IMG/VR virus record: IMGVR_UViG_3300021197_001602
Coordinates: 15,636 to 79,635 of that record
Strand: one strand, 5' to 3'
Length of the DNA: 64,000 nt
Origin: a virus
Shown here: positions 48,433-57,392 of the stretch, piece after piece
How positions within the stretch are numbered: the stretch's first letter is position 1
Layout: each line of letters starts with the position of its first letter
Notes under the pieces: model-generated
Seen by the model: only the letters and a program-made list of their open reading frames with translations
Database searches by the model: none
Told to the model about the DNA's origin: nothing
Made by a program: the position numbers and the translations under genes

Positions 48433-48756
48433 ATGTCAATGGCAATTAATACAGCAAGAACCCCAGAAATGGTAGATGAACGACTTCCTGGGTGGCTCGA
48501 CGAAGCTCAGCAGATGATGCATGACCACTACCACAGGGTAGACATGCCCAATCAGGTGCCCGAGCTTTACATTGCTGGCGGCAGGAAGTACATCAAGATT
48601 GGACGCCGCCAGTGCGGTAGTAGCTCGGTCTGGTGCTTCATTCGTGCTCAAGACGGCGCTATCCTCAAGGCTGCCTCTTGGAAGGCACCAGCCCTCAACT
48701 TCACCCGAGGCAGTATCTTCGACCAGAAGACGCCGCTCCAACCTTACGGATTTTAA
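48433..48756 (+). CDS. Early hypothetical phage protein
   Basis: GRKYIKI...GAILKAASWKAPA...RGSI; RBS AAGGAG. Confidence 0.65.
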   Translation: MSMAINTARTPEMVDERLPGWLDEAQQMMHDHYHRVDMPNQVPELYIAGGRKYIKIGRRQCGSSSVWCFIRAQDGAILKAASWKAPALNFTRGSIFDQKTPLQPYGF

Positions 48757-48772
48757 TCAAAGGAGATAGAGA

Positions 48773-49048
48773 ATGAAAGTAGAAAAAAGTGCATATGTTC
48801 GTCCACGCCGCCACCGCCTAACAGCAGAGCAGCGTGTGGAGTTCGCTCGTGAGCGCCGAGCACTCGTAGGTAAAATCATTTCTCAAGAAGGTTTTCAAGG
48901 AGCCCTTGTGGTCGAACATATCAGGGGGTCGCAGTACCTCTTGAGAATGCCAGATGGCAATGAGGTCTTTGCCTCGCACAAGAAGCAGAAGAATCTTCCC
49001 AACGGCGCACTGACCGCTGGTGGTTGGAAACTTTGGGAGTCACGATAA
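48773..49048 (+). CDS. Hypothetical protein
   Basis: RBS AAGGAG. Confidence 0.6.
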   Translation: MKVEKSAYVRPRRHRLTAEQRVEFARERRALVGKIISQEGFQGALVVEHIRGSQYLLRMPDGNEVFASHKKQKNLPNGALTAGGWKLWESR

Positions 49049-49113
49049 GTTTTAGTTTACGCTGCCACTGTGTTGTGGTAGAATGTCTATAGAAAAAAGA
49101 GGAGGAAGGTGCC

Positions 49114-49278
49114 GTGTACGAACTGTGGGTTAAAGGGCGCTTGGGTATGCACCAAGATAAGCTTGTCCTATACTCGGTACACGGCACCTTCCTAGAAGCT
49201 CAACTAGTCATGCACAGGTTACTCAAAAGAGGAACTTTTGCAACAATTGTTAGGAAAGAGGTTAAAAATGCAGTATAG
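49114..49278 (+). CDS. 54-aa hypothetical protein (not in track)
   Basis: GTG after GGAGG; MYELWVKGRLG...; overlaps next start. Confidence 0.45.
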   Translation: MYELWVKGRLGMHQDKLVLYSVHGTFLEAQLVMHRLLKRGTFATIVRKEVKNAV

Positions 49279-49615
49279 TGCATCTGATGAGAAGAGAGAA
49301 ATCGCAAACCGCCTGTATATAAACGAAGAGCACCTTTGGGCTAATTTGGTTCGCCAATACTACAGTCCTTTCGGTGCCCCGATGCGCCTGTCTCGACCAT
49401 TATTGGAACAGTGGCACATTAAGAACGAATCAGGAGTTAAAGACCCTGACGAGATTGAGGGTTGCACTGTGCAGGTAATGCTGTCTGGAGATTCTTTCAT
49501 TATCAAGAGGTTCGTGACAACTGCATCGGCGGAGAAATACATCGCTGAACTGAAATGGCACGACATAAACTGTAATGTTGTTGACCGTGAGGAGATGTTT
49601 AACTTTGAACGATAA
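49268..49615 (+). CDS. Hypothetical protein
   Basis: ATG after GAGG. Confidence 0.55.
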   Translation: MQYSASDEKREIANRLYINEEHLWANLVRQYYSPFGAPMRLSRPLLEQWHIKNESGVKDPDEIEGCTVQVMLSGDSFIIKRFVTTASAEKYIAELKWHDINCNVVDREEMFNFER

Positions 49616-49868
49616 AAAAGCTATCAGTATGCTCAGCATCTCTCCCTCACCAGACGGTGTGGGATTTACCGTAGAAGTACCAGAGGAGTTTGAGGCTTGG
49701 TTTATGAAGTCCAGAGGCTTGTCTGAGTGGTCCGACGCCAAGTTTAATACTTGGTTCAAGGGGTTGGTCAGTGAGTTTCTGTCGGACGAAGACAATCTTA
49801 CAAATATGATGCGCTCAGAGCAACAAGCTGTTGACATCTGGGAAAGAGGGGAGGAAGATGGAGAGTAA
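49605..49868 (+). CDS. Hypothetical protein
   Basis: TTG after GAGGAG. Confidence 0.5.
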   Translation: MNDKKAISMLSISPSPDGVGFTVEVPEEFEAWFMKSRGLSEWSDAKFNTWFKGLVSEFLSDEDNLTNMMRSEQQAVDIWERGEEDGE

Positions 49869-50226
49869 TAAAAAAATGACGATTCAAGAGCACATGGACT
49901 CTTTCAAAAAGCACCTCTGGGGTGACGAGAAGCCAATGGACTTCGCATCAGATGTGGTGGAAGAGTTGCTGTTGGAGATTCAGCGCCAGCGTACAGTCAT
50001 GAGGGCAGCGCTTGACGAGATTGATAGGATGTGGGATACGCACCTGAAAGTTGCATCAGAAACTGGCGAGCAGTCCCAACTGGTAAACCTAATGGATTCT
50101 CTTGGCGACCGCAGGCGAGGCTTTTATGCGCAGTATCTCTCACCAGAAGAGTACTCAGAGTTTATCAGAAGAAGCACCAATATGGACCTAATTGCAACCC
50201 TAGGAGGGGATGAAGATGGCAGATGA
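49858..50226 (+). CDS. Hypothetical protein
   Basis: ATG after GGAGG. Confidence 0.55.
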   Translation: MESNKKMTIQEHMDSFKKHLWGDEKPMDFASDVVEELLLEIQRQRTVMRAALDEIDRMWDTHLKVASETGEQSQLVNLMDSLGDRRRGFYAQYLSPEEYSEFIRRSTNMDLIATLGGDEDGR

Positions 50227-50380
50227 TGACAAGAACAACCCAGAGCAACTACCAATCATGTTGAAAGAGTTGCTTAATCTAGAGGGCTATGATTCACTTA
50301 GGGATGCAGTAGAGCAGACTGCACAAAAAATCCGTAAGATGAAGGAAGAAGAGGAAGGAAAACAAAAAGATGAAAACTAA
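50216..50380 (+). CDS. 54-aa hypothetical protein (not in track)
   Basis: ATG after GGAGG; MADDDKNNPEQLP... Confidence 0.5.
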   Translation: MADDDKNNPEQLPIMLKELLNLEGYDSLRDAVEQTAQKIRKMKEEEEGKQKDEN

Positions 50381-50389
50381 TTAACACTA

Positions 50390-50566
50390 GCGCACCACAA
50401 TCGGGGATTACGAAATAGGGAAATTGGGGGGACCAATGTATCTTTGTCCGACGGGATGAAATGCACCCTTCGACTGTTCACCGCCACAGACGAACAGTAT
50501 AAGAATCTGAAGCGTGGCTGGCTTGGAATCCTCTGCAAGGAATGATTCCCCCTGAGTGTGTGTGCC
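50390..50566 (+). ncRNA. Candidate structured ncRNA (about 175 nt)
   Basis: Long ORF-poor gap; ends pair (GCAC/GTGC, GGGGATTA/TGATTCCC); internal hairpins ATTGG/CCAAT, ACTGTTC/GAACAGT. Confidence 0.35.
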
Positions 50567-50587
50567 GATAAACAGGAGATAAGAAGT

Positions 50588-50926
50588 GTGAAGTTTTCAG
50601 TTGGCGATTTGGTTACAGAGAGGAAATCTAATTTATGGTACCTCACTCAAGAAACAACATACGAATACTTCCCATACCTTCCGCACAGCATGAGCGAATA
50701 CTGGACGGATTATGTTAACAACAGGCAAGCATCAAAACTTTCAATAGGAATTATAATTGACATCTACGAGAACGAGCCGAACTCATATTTCGTAGAAAAG
50801 TATTTTACCTACAATGTAATGTGGACAAATGTGGATGCTGGCTCTTTCAACAATATGAATCATAAGCATTTCTTAGAAGACGAGCTTCGCCTTCTATCTA
50901 AAATAAACAAGAGGATATCAGAATGA
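50588..50926 (+). CDS. SH3/KOW-like protein (GDLV family)
   Basis: KFSVGDLVTE...IGIIIDI...YNVMW...DELRLLS. Confidence 0.6.
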   Translation: MKFSVGDLVTERKSNLWYLTQETTYEYFPYLPHSMSEYWTDYVNNRQASKLSIGIIIDIYENEPNSYFVEKYFTYNVMWTNVDAGSFNNMNHKHFLEDELRLLSKINKRISE

Positions 50927-51054
50927 CACTTAAACTAGCGGGCGATTTATTTATTTGTTTGTCTATTCTAGTTGGGATGTTTACATTTGTTGTAGCCAAT
51001 GCAAACTACCAGCCGAATAAATGTTGTCAAGAGAAAAAAGACAAAAGTGAATAA
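50923..51054 (+). CDS. 43-aa membrane peptide (not in track)
   Basis: ATGA overlap; single TM. Confidence 0.4.
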   Translation: MTLKLAGDLFICLSILVGMFTFVVANANYQPNKCCQEKKDKSE

Positions 51055-51087
51055 TTACTATAAAGGTTCTAAAGGAGAATTTAAAAA

Positions 51088-51294
51088 ATGAAGACATCAA
51101 AAGTGGTTAAACCAAAGCCAGCACCAGAGAAGAAAGCTCAGGTCATCAAATCATCGATTATGATTCCCCCTGCAAAGATTGCGGGCAGCGGAATGATGCT
51201 CATTAGAAGCAGGGGCACCACTCGTTGGCAACGCCTTAAGAACATCGTCCTATTTGCATGGCGCTATGTCATGACTGGAACTGCGAGACTCTAA
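51088..51294 (+). CDS. Hypothetical protein
   Basis: RBS AAGGAG. Confidence 0.55.
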   Translation: MKTSKVVKPKPAPEKKAQVIKSSIMIPPAKIAGSGMMLIRSRGTTRWQRLKNIVLFAWRYVMTGTARL

Positions 51295-51630
51295 GTGAAG
51301 GCTCCCATCTTAAAAACAAAAGAGTTGCTGCTTCGAGCGTCTTCGTATGCTGCGACCGTCATTCGCCTTGCCGCACTGGCGTCTCTGATTGCATTGTTTT
51401 ATTATATTGTCTCTGACGATGTTCTGATAACTGAAGACAATCGTAAGACCGCCGCTATCTGTATTGAGGAAGTTGAGAAGGGTTGTCCACTGGTACTTGA
51501 GGCTCTGAGTGAGAGCAATCAGCATGTGGAAATCCTAAAAGCTCGGGTGATAGACTTGGAAGCCAGGGCTCAAGTCCGCCCGCCACTTCAGTCGTTCGAG
51601 TCCAGCACCAGCACCGACGGCGGACTATAG
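51295..51630 (+). CDS. Membrane-anchored coiled-coil protein
   Basis: TM helix then heptads. Confidence 0.5.
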   Translation: MKAPILKTKELLLRASSYAATVIRLAALASLIALFYYIVSDDVLITEDNRKTAAICIEEVEKGCPLVLEALSESNQHVEILKARVIDLEARAQVRPPLQSFESSTSTDGGL

Positions 51631-51656
51631 TCATCACACTTCCAGTTACAATAGAG

Positions 51657-51863
51657 GTGGGAGACATGGTTCGGGTCAAAAAAGACCAAGTTTACCAGCA
51701 GTGTTGGGGCAACGGAATTGTCGTCGCTGTTGAAAATAAATTCTACAACCGACCGAACGGCTTGCTTGGCAAGACACCAAGAATAAAAGTTTACTGGTTT
51801 GACAAGAAACTATCGTCTTTCGAGCCCCACGGCGGACTTGAAATAATTTCAAAAATTCCTTGA
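51657..51863 (+). CDS. SH3/KOW-like protein (GDLV family; start uncertain)
   Basis: EVGDMVRV...GNGIVVAV...IKVYW...LEIIS. Confidence 0.55.
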   Translation: MGDMVRVKKDQVYQQCWGNGIVVAVENKFYNRPNGLLGKTPRIKVYWFDKKLSSFEPHGGLEIISKIP

Positions 51864-51888
51864 CACCTGCCCTCTGGCGTGATATATT
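51860..51888 (+). promoter_or_regulatory. sigma70-type promoter
   Basis: TTGACA-17-TATATT with TG extension. Confidence 0.75.
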
Positions 51889-51920
51889 GTTTAAGTAAGA
51901 TGAGAGAAAGGTGAAGACAA

Positions 51921-52226
51921 ATGGGATATGGTAACAAAAAATACAATCGAGAAGCGTACCTCATGGACGGCGGAGCTAATGATGAGGGCTGGCACAACAA
52001 GTATTGCTACAGTTGTGCGAAAGTTACAGAGCATGGTCGAGGCGAGGGCTGCGTCCCTTGCGGCGACAAATATATCTTTCGTAACTCCGTTAGGTCAATC
52101 ACAGTCGCTGGCTCAAGTGGGGAACACACTGTGAGACTCTATCCGAATGGCAAGAAATATTGCTCTTGTAAAAGCTTCAAATATCGCAAGACATGCAGTC
52201 ACTTGAGTAAAATAAACTTTAGCTAA
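51921..52226 (+). CDS. SWIM zinc-finger protein
   Basis: YCSCKSFKYRKTCSHL plus CYSC...CVPC. Confidence 0.75.
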   Translation: MGYGNKKYNREAYLMDGGANDEGWHNKYCYSCAKVTEHGRGEGCVPCGDKYIFRNSVRSITVAGSSGEHTVRLYPNGKKYCSCKSFKYRKTCSHLSKINFS

Positions 52227-52243
52227 AGCTGAAAGGTGCTGTT

Positions 52244-52885
52244 TTGAAAAAGGAAAAGTATAACTTTGACATACCAGAGCATTGGTATAAGAGTAACCCA
52301 GAGCTATGGAACTGGACCCCCGAATATCTTGGCGTGGTGGGCATTTGTATAGACCGTCACGAAGAGTGGGCTGGCGATGACGAGGCTGCAATGCTGTTCG
52401 AGAGGAGCGGTGCCACGAGCCCGAAGAGTGTCGTCAAGCAGCCCTGGCACGACCTCGATGACGACCTAATTGTAGAGTGTCAATCACAGGTCTTTGCATT
52501 TAACGATGTGTGCCTCGACCAAATTGGCAAGCTAGTCCTGCTGAACAACGGCGCAGTCGGAAAGCTGAGGAAAGCGGAGTTTCGGCTGGCTACAGATGAG
52601 GAGAGAATTTTAAGCTACAGTGCGGGCTTCCCCTTATCGTTCATCATTTGTGACATTGAGGTCGAGACAGATGATGTATTCTATGAAAAAGTCATGGATT
52701 ACGATGTTCGATTTATAGATGCAGAGCGAGCCCTGCTCCCCTCTGTTGAAATGCGCTCACTACAAGTAAGATTAATAAGAGCTATCCATCGAGAAAACAA
52801 CAGGATTGTTTCTTTTGAAGACTGGAAGCGAAAAAAGGGGTTGCTACCCACGGGGAAGGACGCAGAAGATGAGCTTGGAAAATGA
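52244..52885 (+). CDS. Hypothetical protein
   Basis: 213-aa ORF. Confidence 0.55.
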   Translation: MKKEKYNFDIPEHWYKSNPELWNWTPEYLGVVGICIDRHEEWAGDDEAAMLFERSGATSPKSVVKQPWHDLDDDLIVECQSQVFAFNDVCLDQIGKLVLLNNGAVGKLRKAEFRLATDEERILSYSAGFPLSFIICDIEVETDDVFYEKVMDYDVRFIDAERALLPSVEMRSLQVRLIRAIHRENNRIVSFEDWKRKKGLLPTGKDAEDELGK

Positions 52886-53225
52886 GCCAGAACCAGTTGG
52901 CAGATACTCATCCGTAGCGGAAGCATTTGAGAAGAACCCTTGGATGTTCAAGTTTGTTTCAGCACTGTGTGACCTGTACGGTGCACCGTCAACAGCAGCA
53001 GAGTGTTCCTCCCCCAGGGAGAGAATGCTATACGCTTGGGCTGCGGCAAGCTGCATCTCAGCAATAGAGAGTTATAGGGTTCTGTGGATAGGCGGCTTCG
53101 AGCAGTACGATGTAAAGCTGCTGGCTATCAACTTTGCAGAGGCTTATACTGAGCTAACAGGTGAGCAGGTGATTCCACCCCTAAGAGAAGAGTTTTTTCA
53201 AACCAAGAAGGCTGCGCCAGCATGA
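52869..53225 (+). CDS. Hypothetical protein
   Basis: Packed ORF. Confidence 0.5.
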   Translation: MSLENEPEPVGRYSSVAEAFEKNPWMFKFVSALCDLYGAPSTAAECSSPRERMLYAWAAASCISAIESYRVLWIGGFEQYDVKLLAINFAEAYTELTGEQVIPPLREEFFQTKKAAPA

Positions 53226-53563
53226 AAGTTGTGATTTGTTTTGACACCGAGGATGCAGTTGGAATGAAGAATTGTATCAAGACGGTGGACCACCTAGCCA
53301 AAGCCTATTATCAAAAGCGAATAGAGGATTATGGAGAGATGCACATTTCGAGAAGAGAAATGGCTCAAATCCTCCAGACATTCTATAAACGCCATCGATA
53401 CTACGACTATGACAAGAACAGCGACGACCAGCGTCGGTTGTTCGATAAAGATATCATGGAGGGTTGGGATGTGCGTGTCAATTATAAATTAACGAAGGAT
53501 TTCGTTGACGAGATGTGCGAGAGAAAAGAAAATAATAAAGGTTTTCTATTTTGGTCGATTTAA
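53222..53563 (+). CDS. Hypothetical protein
   Basis: ATGA overlap. Confidence 0.5.
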   Translation: MKVVICFDTEDAVGMKNCIKTVDHLAKAYYQKRIEDYGEMHISRREMAQILQTFYKRHRYYDYDKNSDDQRRLFDKDIMEGWDVRVNYKLTKDFVDEMCERKENNKGFLFWSI

Positions 53564-53630
53564 AGTAATATTGGAATATTTTGATTTGAATTGCGTCTAA
53601 TAAGTGTAGACACAAAAGGAGGTAATTCAA

Positions 53631-53870
53631 ATGAAGCGAGTGGTAACTGTTCTTGGGTTGATGCTACTAGTGGCTTCAGGGTGCGCAACAACATCCAGAG
53701 CCCAATCAGTAATTGTCAAAGAGATTTATATAGAAAAACCAATTGTAAAGTACAAGACAAAGGTCGTGTATAAGTATAGGACAAAAGTCGTGTATCGCTA
53801 TAGAAACAAGGTTGTTTATCGATGCCCGAATAAAAAGTACAAACGAAAAGTGATTTATCGCTATTACTAA
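53631..53870 (+). CDS. Basic Tyr/Lys/Arg-rich lipoprotein with 8-aa repeats
   Basis: RBS GGAGG; ASGC lipobox; TKVVYKYR TKVVYRYR NKVVYR. Confidence 0.65.
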   Translation: MKRVVTVLGLMLLVASGCATTSRAQSVIVKEIYIEKPIVKYKTKVVYKYRTKVVYRYRNKVVYRCPNKKYKRKVIYRYY

Positions 53871-53886
53871 TTTAGGTGTCGAAAGA

Positions 53887-54189
53887 ATGAGTAAAATTAT
53901 ATTGTTATTTTTATCTGTTGTTGTGTCTGGCTGTCTAATAGGCACGGAGGCGGCTCACTATCATAGCCCCAAGCCTGTGGTCGAGAGCGTCTATGTCACA
54001 GTGGAAGACCCCGACTACTATGAGTTCTACAATGTTTACGACGAATGGTGCTACGGTCAGCGAGACTACCAACACTCTTCTTGCTTTGAAGAGTGGTGCT
54101 ATGTTGCATACGACGACTACTGGTACGAGTGGGATTATTCCTGCGAGAATGCGTATTACAGCCACCCCCAGCACAATCACTACTATTAA
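53887..54189 (+). CDS. Acidic Tyr/Trp/Cys-rich lipoprotein
   Basis: VSGC lipobox; EWCY twice. Confidence 0.6.
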   Translation: MSKIILLFLSVVVSGCLIGTEAAHYHSPKPVVESVYVTVEDPDYYEFYNVYDEWCYGQRDYQHSSCFEEWCYVAYDDYWYEWDYSCENAYYSHPQHNHYY

Positions 54190-54209
54190 AATATAAAAGG
54201 AGAATAGTA

Positions 54210-54941
54210 ATGTCAAACAATATCTTAGGTTTCGAGTATGAGGGAGAGGTAATCCAGGCACTATTAGATGCTGGGTACTGTGGGTCTATTACCGAGGGTG
54301 CAGGCTCATCTTCGGTCGGAGCGGATGCGGACTTTGTTCTCGATGGTGTCCGTCACCTTGTGGAGGTCAAGAAGGATTCGTTCGCACAAATGGGAGGCAC
54401 ATCGGCAAGGTATCATCAGGGAGAGTTCGAGGTAGCTTCTGATTCAGTCGACGAGGCAACGCAAGAGATTATAGTTTCAGCCCTTGGCTCTAGGCAGAAA
54501 TACATTGACGACATGTTGAAATTTCTTGGACAAGAGAAGTTCCCATTTAGTTGTACAAGGGAGAAGTGGACTGAAGCTCAACAGCTTGGTTTGCTGAAAC
54601 CAATTAATATTAAAATTTGCAAGGACACAAGCTTTATCTCGAACCACTACCGAAAGAAGGGTATCAACTATATTCAAATCGGTGGTGCAGGTTTGTTTTA
54701 TCTAGCAGAGAATCCAGCCCACCTGCCTGTTCCCAGACTTGATGGTCAAATTGACATCGAGCTTCGAGCAGCCCGCTCAGGTTCCAAGAAGAATACGGAG
54801 GGCGTATCTATGGTCGGCGGAGGACTTCGTGCGCAGGCTAGGCTCAAGTTCAAAGGTATGTCTCCGTACACGCTCGATAACCCCGAATCTATTAAATTGT
54901 TGATGGGCAACAAATGGGCGAACAAGCACAGTCAGCGATGA
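54210..54941 (+). CDS. PD-(D/E)xK restriction-endonuclease-like protein
   Basis: GFEYE...GADADF...LVEVK; RBS AAGGAG. Confidence 0.6.
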   Translation: MSNNILGFEYEGEVIQALLDAGYCGSITEGAGSSSVGADADFVLDGVRHLVEVKKDSFAQMGGTSARYHQGEFEVASDSVDEATQEIIVSALGSRQKYIDDMLKFLGQEKFPFSCTREKWTEAQQLGLLKPINIKICKDTSFISNHYRKKGINYIQIGGAGLFYLAENPAHLPVPRLDGQIDIELRAARSGSKKNTEGVSMVGGGLRAQARLKFKGMSPYTLDNPESIKLLMGNKWANKHSQR

Positions 54942-55198
54942 AAAGCTGGTATCTCTATGTGCTGGAGTGCTCCGACGGCACACTCTACACTGGCGTGACG
55001 ACTGACTTACAGCGCCGCATAGTCGAGCACAATAGTTCCCGCAAGGGGGCGAAGTATACTATGACAAGAAGACCTGTCCACCTCCTGTGGTCAAAGCAGT
55101 GTGGGTCAAGGTCGGAGGCTCAATCAGAAGAATATAAGTTCAAGAAGTTGAGCAGGAAAAATAAGTTAAAAGAAATGGAAGAGGCGAAAAATGATTAA
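54938..55198 (+). CDS. Stand-alone GIY-YIG nuclease (YhbQ/UPF0213-like)
   Basis: WYLYVLECSDGTLYTGVTTDLQRRIVEHN...GAKYT...EEYKFK. Confidence 0.9.
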   Translation: MKSWYLYVLECSDGTLYTGVTTDLQRRIVEHNSSRKGAKYTMTRRPVHLLWSKQCGSRSEAQSEEYKFKKLSRKNKLKEMEEAKND

Positions 55199-55346
55199 TG
55201 ATGAAGACATGGCAAAGAGCTTGTGGAACATACACAGTGAAATCGTTCAGCTTTTAAGAGACGAGGTAAGAACCTTGCAGATTAAGCTGGCAATCGCTGA
55301 AGAGGAAAACAAACAACTTAAGATTAGACTTGGCGACCCAGCATGA
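55191..55346 (+). CDS. 51-aa coiled-coil protein (not in track)
   Basis: Overlaps both neighbours; GAGG RBS. Confidence 0.45.
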   Translation: MINDEDMAKSLWNIHSEIVQLLRDEVRTLQIKLAIAEEENKQLKIRLGDPA

Positions 55347-55660
55347 CATCGGCACTTATTCTTTTATTGTCTCTTCCGCTCTGCCCCAATTGGATTAGTG
55401 ATACTTCTGACGAGGTTGCACCAGAAGGGGCGCAGCTAAGCCAGTCACAGCAGGTCAGGAATCAGCTTCGGTGCTTTTCCTCTGTCATTCTGCCATGGGA
55501 ACAGGTGTGCCGACAGGCAAGGTCACCAGCTTATTGCAAACAAAAGGTTGACCTCTGGGTGCAGAGAAACTTTTCTTGGCAAGGTCAGCCCAATCCTCCA
55601 TGCGTAAACGCTAACAGGACTCGAAGAACATTCATGATAAACATTAGGAACTCCAGATGA
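55343..55660 (+). CDS. Small secreted Cys-containing protein
   Basis: Hydrophobic N-terminus. Confidence 0.5.
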   Translation: MTSALILLLSLPLCPNWISDTSDEVAPEGAQLSQSQQVRNQLRCFSSVILPWEQVCRQARSPAYCKQKVDLWVQRNFSWQGQPNPPCVNANRTRRTFMINIRNSR

Positions 55661-56055
55661 AACAGGGATTTGTTTTGGCGACCGTGTTGCTGGTTGCAGC
55701 ACTCTTGGCATCAAGTGCCATCCTGCTCTATGCCATGGCAACAACGGATATGCAGATTACTCACAATGTTAGGCTCCACACCAGGGCAAAGAATACAGCA
55801 GCGTCTGGGTTGGAACACTTTAAGTCACTTGGGATGCACTACGAAGACTTGGAGCAGATGGAGGAGAATCAGGGCGAAGAGTTCTTAGTCCTTGAGGGAT
55901 TCACAGCAGCAGAAGACAGGTATAGGGTGACAGTTGTTCTCTCGGAAGATGAAGTATTCTATGTGTACAGCACAGGCACACACGAGAGGGGCGGTCAGGT
56001 TGTTGCATCGGCTCAGTTGGCGGCATCCTTCCAGTCGCTTTGGGTTGAAAAGTGA
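55657..56055 (+). CDS. PilX-like type IV minor pilin
   Basis: KQG|FVLATVLLV...; following helix TDMQITHN...AKNTAASGLE typical of PilX N-terminal domain. Confidence 0.7.
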   Translation: MKQGFVLATVLLVAALLASSAILLYAMATTDMQITHNVRLHTRAKNTAASGLEHFKSLGMHYEDLEQMEENQGEEFLVLEGFTAAEDRYRVTVVLSEDEVFYVYSTGTHERGGQVVASAQLAASFQSLWVEK

Positions 56056-56162
56056 ATTCGGCGGAAAATTTTCCACATTAACATTAACAAAAGACTTAAC
56101 AGGTTTGCCACAGTGTGTTACTGTGGTAGCAGAACTATAACGAAACCGAAAGGTAAAAGAAA

Positions 56163-56675
56163 ATGAAGAATATTGTTTTATTGTTATTATCTCTAACGAT
56201 TACCACCCTGCCCGCCCTTGCGGATGCTCACGACACTAGCGAATCAGCAGGTGAATGGACCAAGCGTTCAGGCATTCGCTTTGGCTATGTTTATGCTCAC
56301 AACTTCCATAAGGATAGCGACAAGCTAAGTTCACCGCACATGTCTACCATGGGTTACGAACTACAACAAACAATGCCAGGTGGCGATTGGCTAGACATCT
56401 TGTTTATCCAAAATGTAACTATTACAGGCATGGACCAAAGTGTTCTTGCGCCATCGGCAAGGCTATTGATTGGCTTTGAAATCAACGACTCTATTCAATT
56501 AGCAGTCGGACCTAATGGTGCGCCAAAGCATCCAAGTGATAACTTTATCCATCTAATGGTGGCAGTAGGTTATACAGCCGAAGCAGGAATGCTTTCTATT
56601 CCTTTCCACTTTAGTTATGTGCCTGATGCCGATGGCTACTACACAACCGCACTAACTACTGGTGTCAACTGGTAG
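56163..56675 (+). CDS. Secreted protein, probable outer-membrane beta-barrel
   Basis: Signal peptide; amphipathic beta-strands; terminal GVNW. Confidence 0.55.
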   Translation: MKNIVLLLLSLTITTLPALADAHDTSESAGEWTKRSGIRFGYVYAHNFHKDSDKLSSPHMSTMGYELQQTMPGGDWLDILFIQNVTITGMDQSVLAPSARLLIGFEINDSIQLAVGPNGAPKHPSDNFIHLMVAVGYTAEAGMLSIPFHFSYVPDADGYYTTALTTGVNW

Positions 56676-56708
56676 GCTCCCCTTAAGCGCACCTCAACCG
56701 AGACCATT

Positions 56709-56822
56709 ATGAAAACTAAATTCAAGCCACTTATAGTCGCTGCCGTGACTATTCTTATTGTCGTGGCTGTCGGATGGGGTGCGCTCCACCTTTTTATTAA
56801 TAACATTCTTTCGATTGATTAG
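56709..56822 (+). CDS. 37-aa single-TM peptide (not in track)
   Basis: MKTKFKPLIVAAVTILIVVAVGWG... Confidence 0.4.
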   Translation: MKTKFKPLIVAAVTILIVVAVGWGALHLFINNILSID

Positions 56823-56828
56823 GGGAAA

Positions 56829-57392
56829 GTGGTGATGCCGCAATTAAAAATATATACGGGTCCAATGCATGGCGGCAAAACCACCCGATTACTTTCTGCG
56901 CTTGAGCGATATGTTTATCAAAACAAAAAGGTCAAGCTGTTCAAGCCTAGCATTGATGACCGCTTTTCCATTGAGGATGTTGTTACTCATTCGGGTCGTT
57001 CTTGGAAGGCATTTCGGGTAAGCACCGCAAAAGAAATTATCGTGAACTCGGTCGATGCAGATATTGTGGCGGTTGATGAAATGTTTATGATACCCAACTC
57101 AGCAGATGCTCTTCTTTATCTTTACTCTAAAGGCAAGACGATTCTTGTATCGACGCTACAGCTTTCCTATGAACCAAATCCGTTCGATGAAGTTCAAAAG
57201 ATAATGCCATGGGCTACATCAATTGATATTTGCCCAGCCGTCTGTGCTAAGTGTGACAAAGATGCCTTCTATACTAGAAGGCTTGCTGGAGGGGATGACA
57301 AGATACAAGTCGGAGGGGCGGAGTCGTATGAGCCGCTTTGCTTTGAACACTATACCGAGCTTAATTCCTTTTTTAAACTATTTAAGTCATGA
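56829..57392 (+). CDS. tdk: Thymidine kinase (TK1 family)
   Basis: GPMHGGKTT; FKPSIDDR; VAVDE; CAKC; VGGAESYEPLC. Confidence 0.93.
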   Translation: MVMPQLKIYTGPMHGGKTTRLLSALERYVYQNKKVKLFKPSIDDRFSIEDVVTHSGRSWKAFRVSTAKEIIVNSVDADIVAVDEMFMIPNSADALLYLYSKGKTILVSTLQLSYEPNPFDEVQKIMPWATSIDICPAVCAKCDKDAFYTRRLAGGDDKIQVGGAESYEPLCFEHYTELNSFFKLFKS

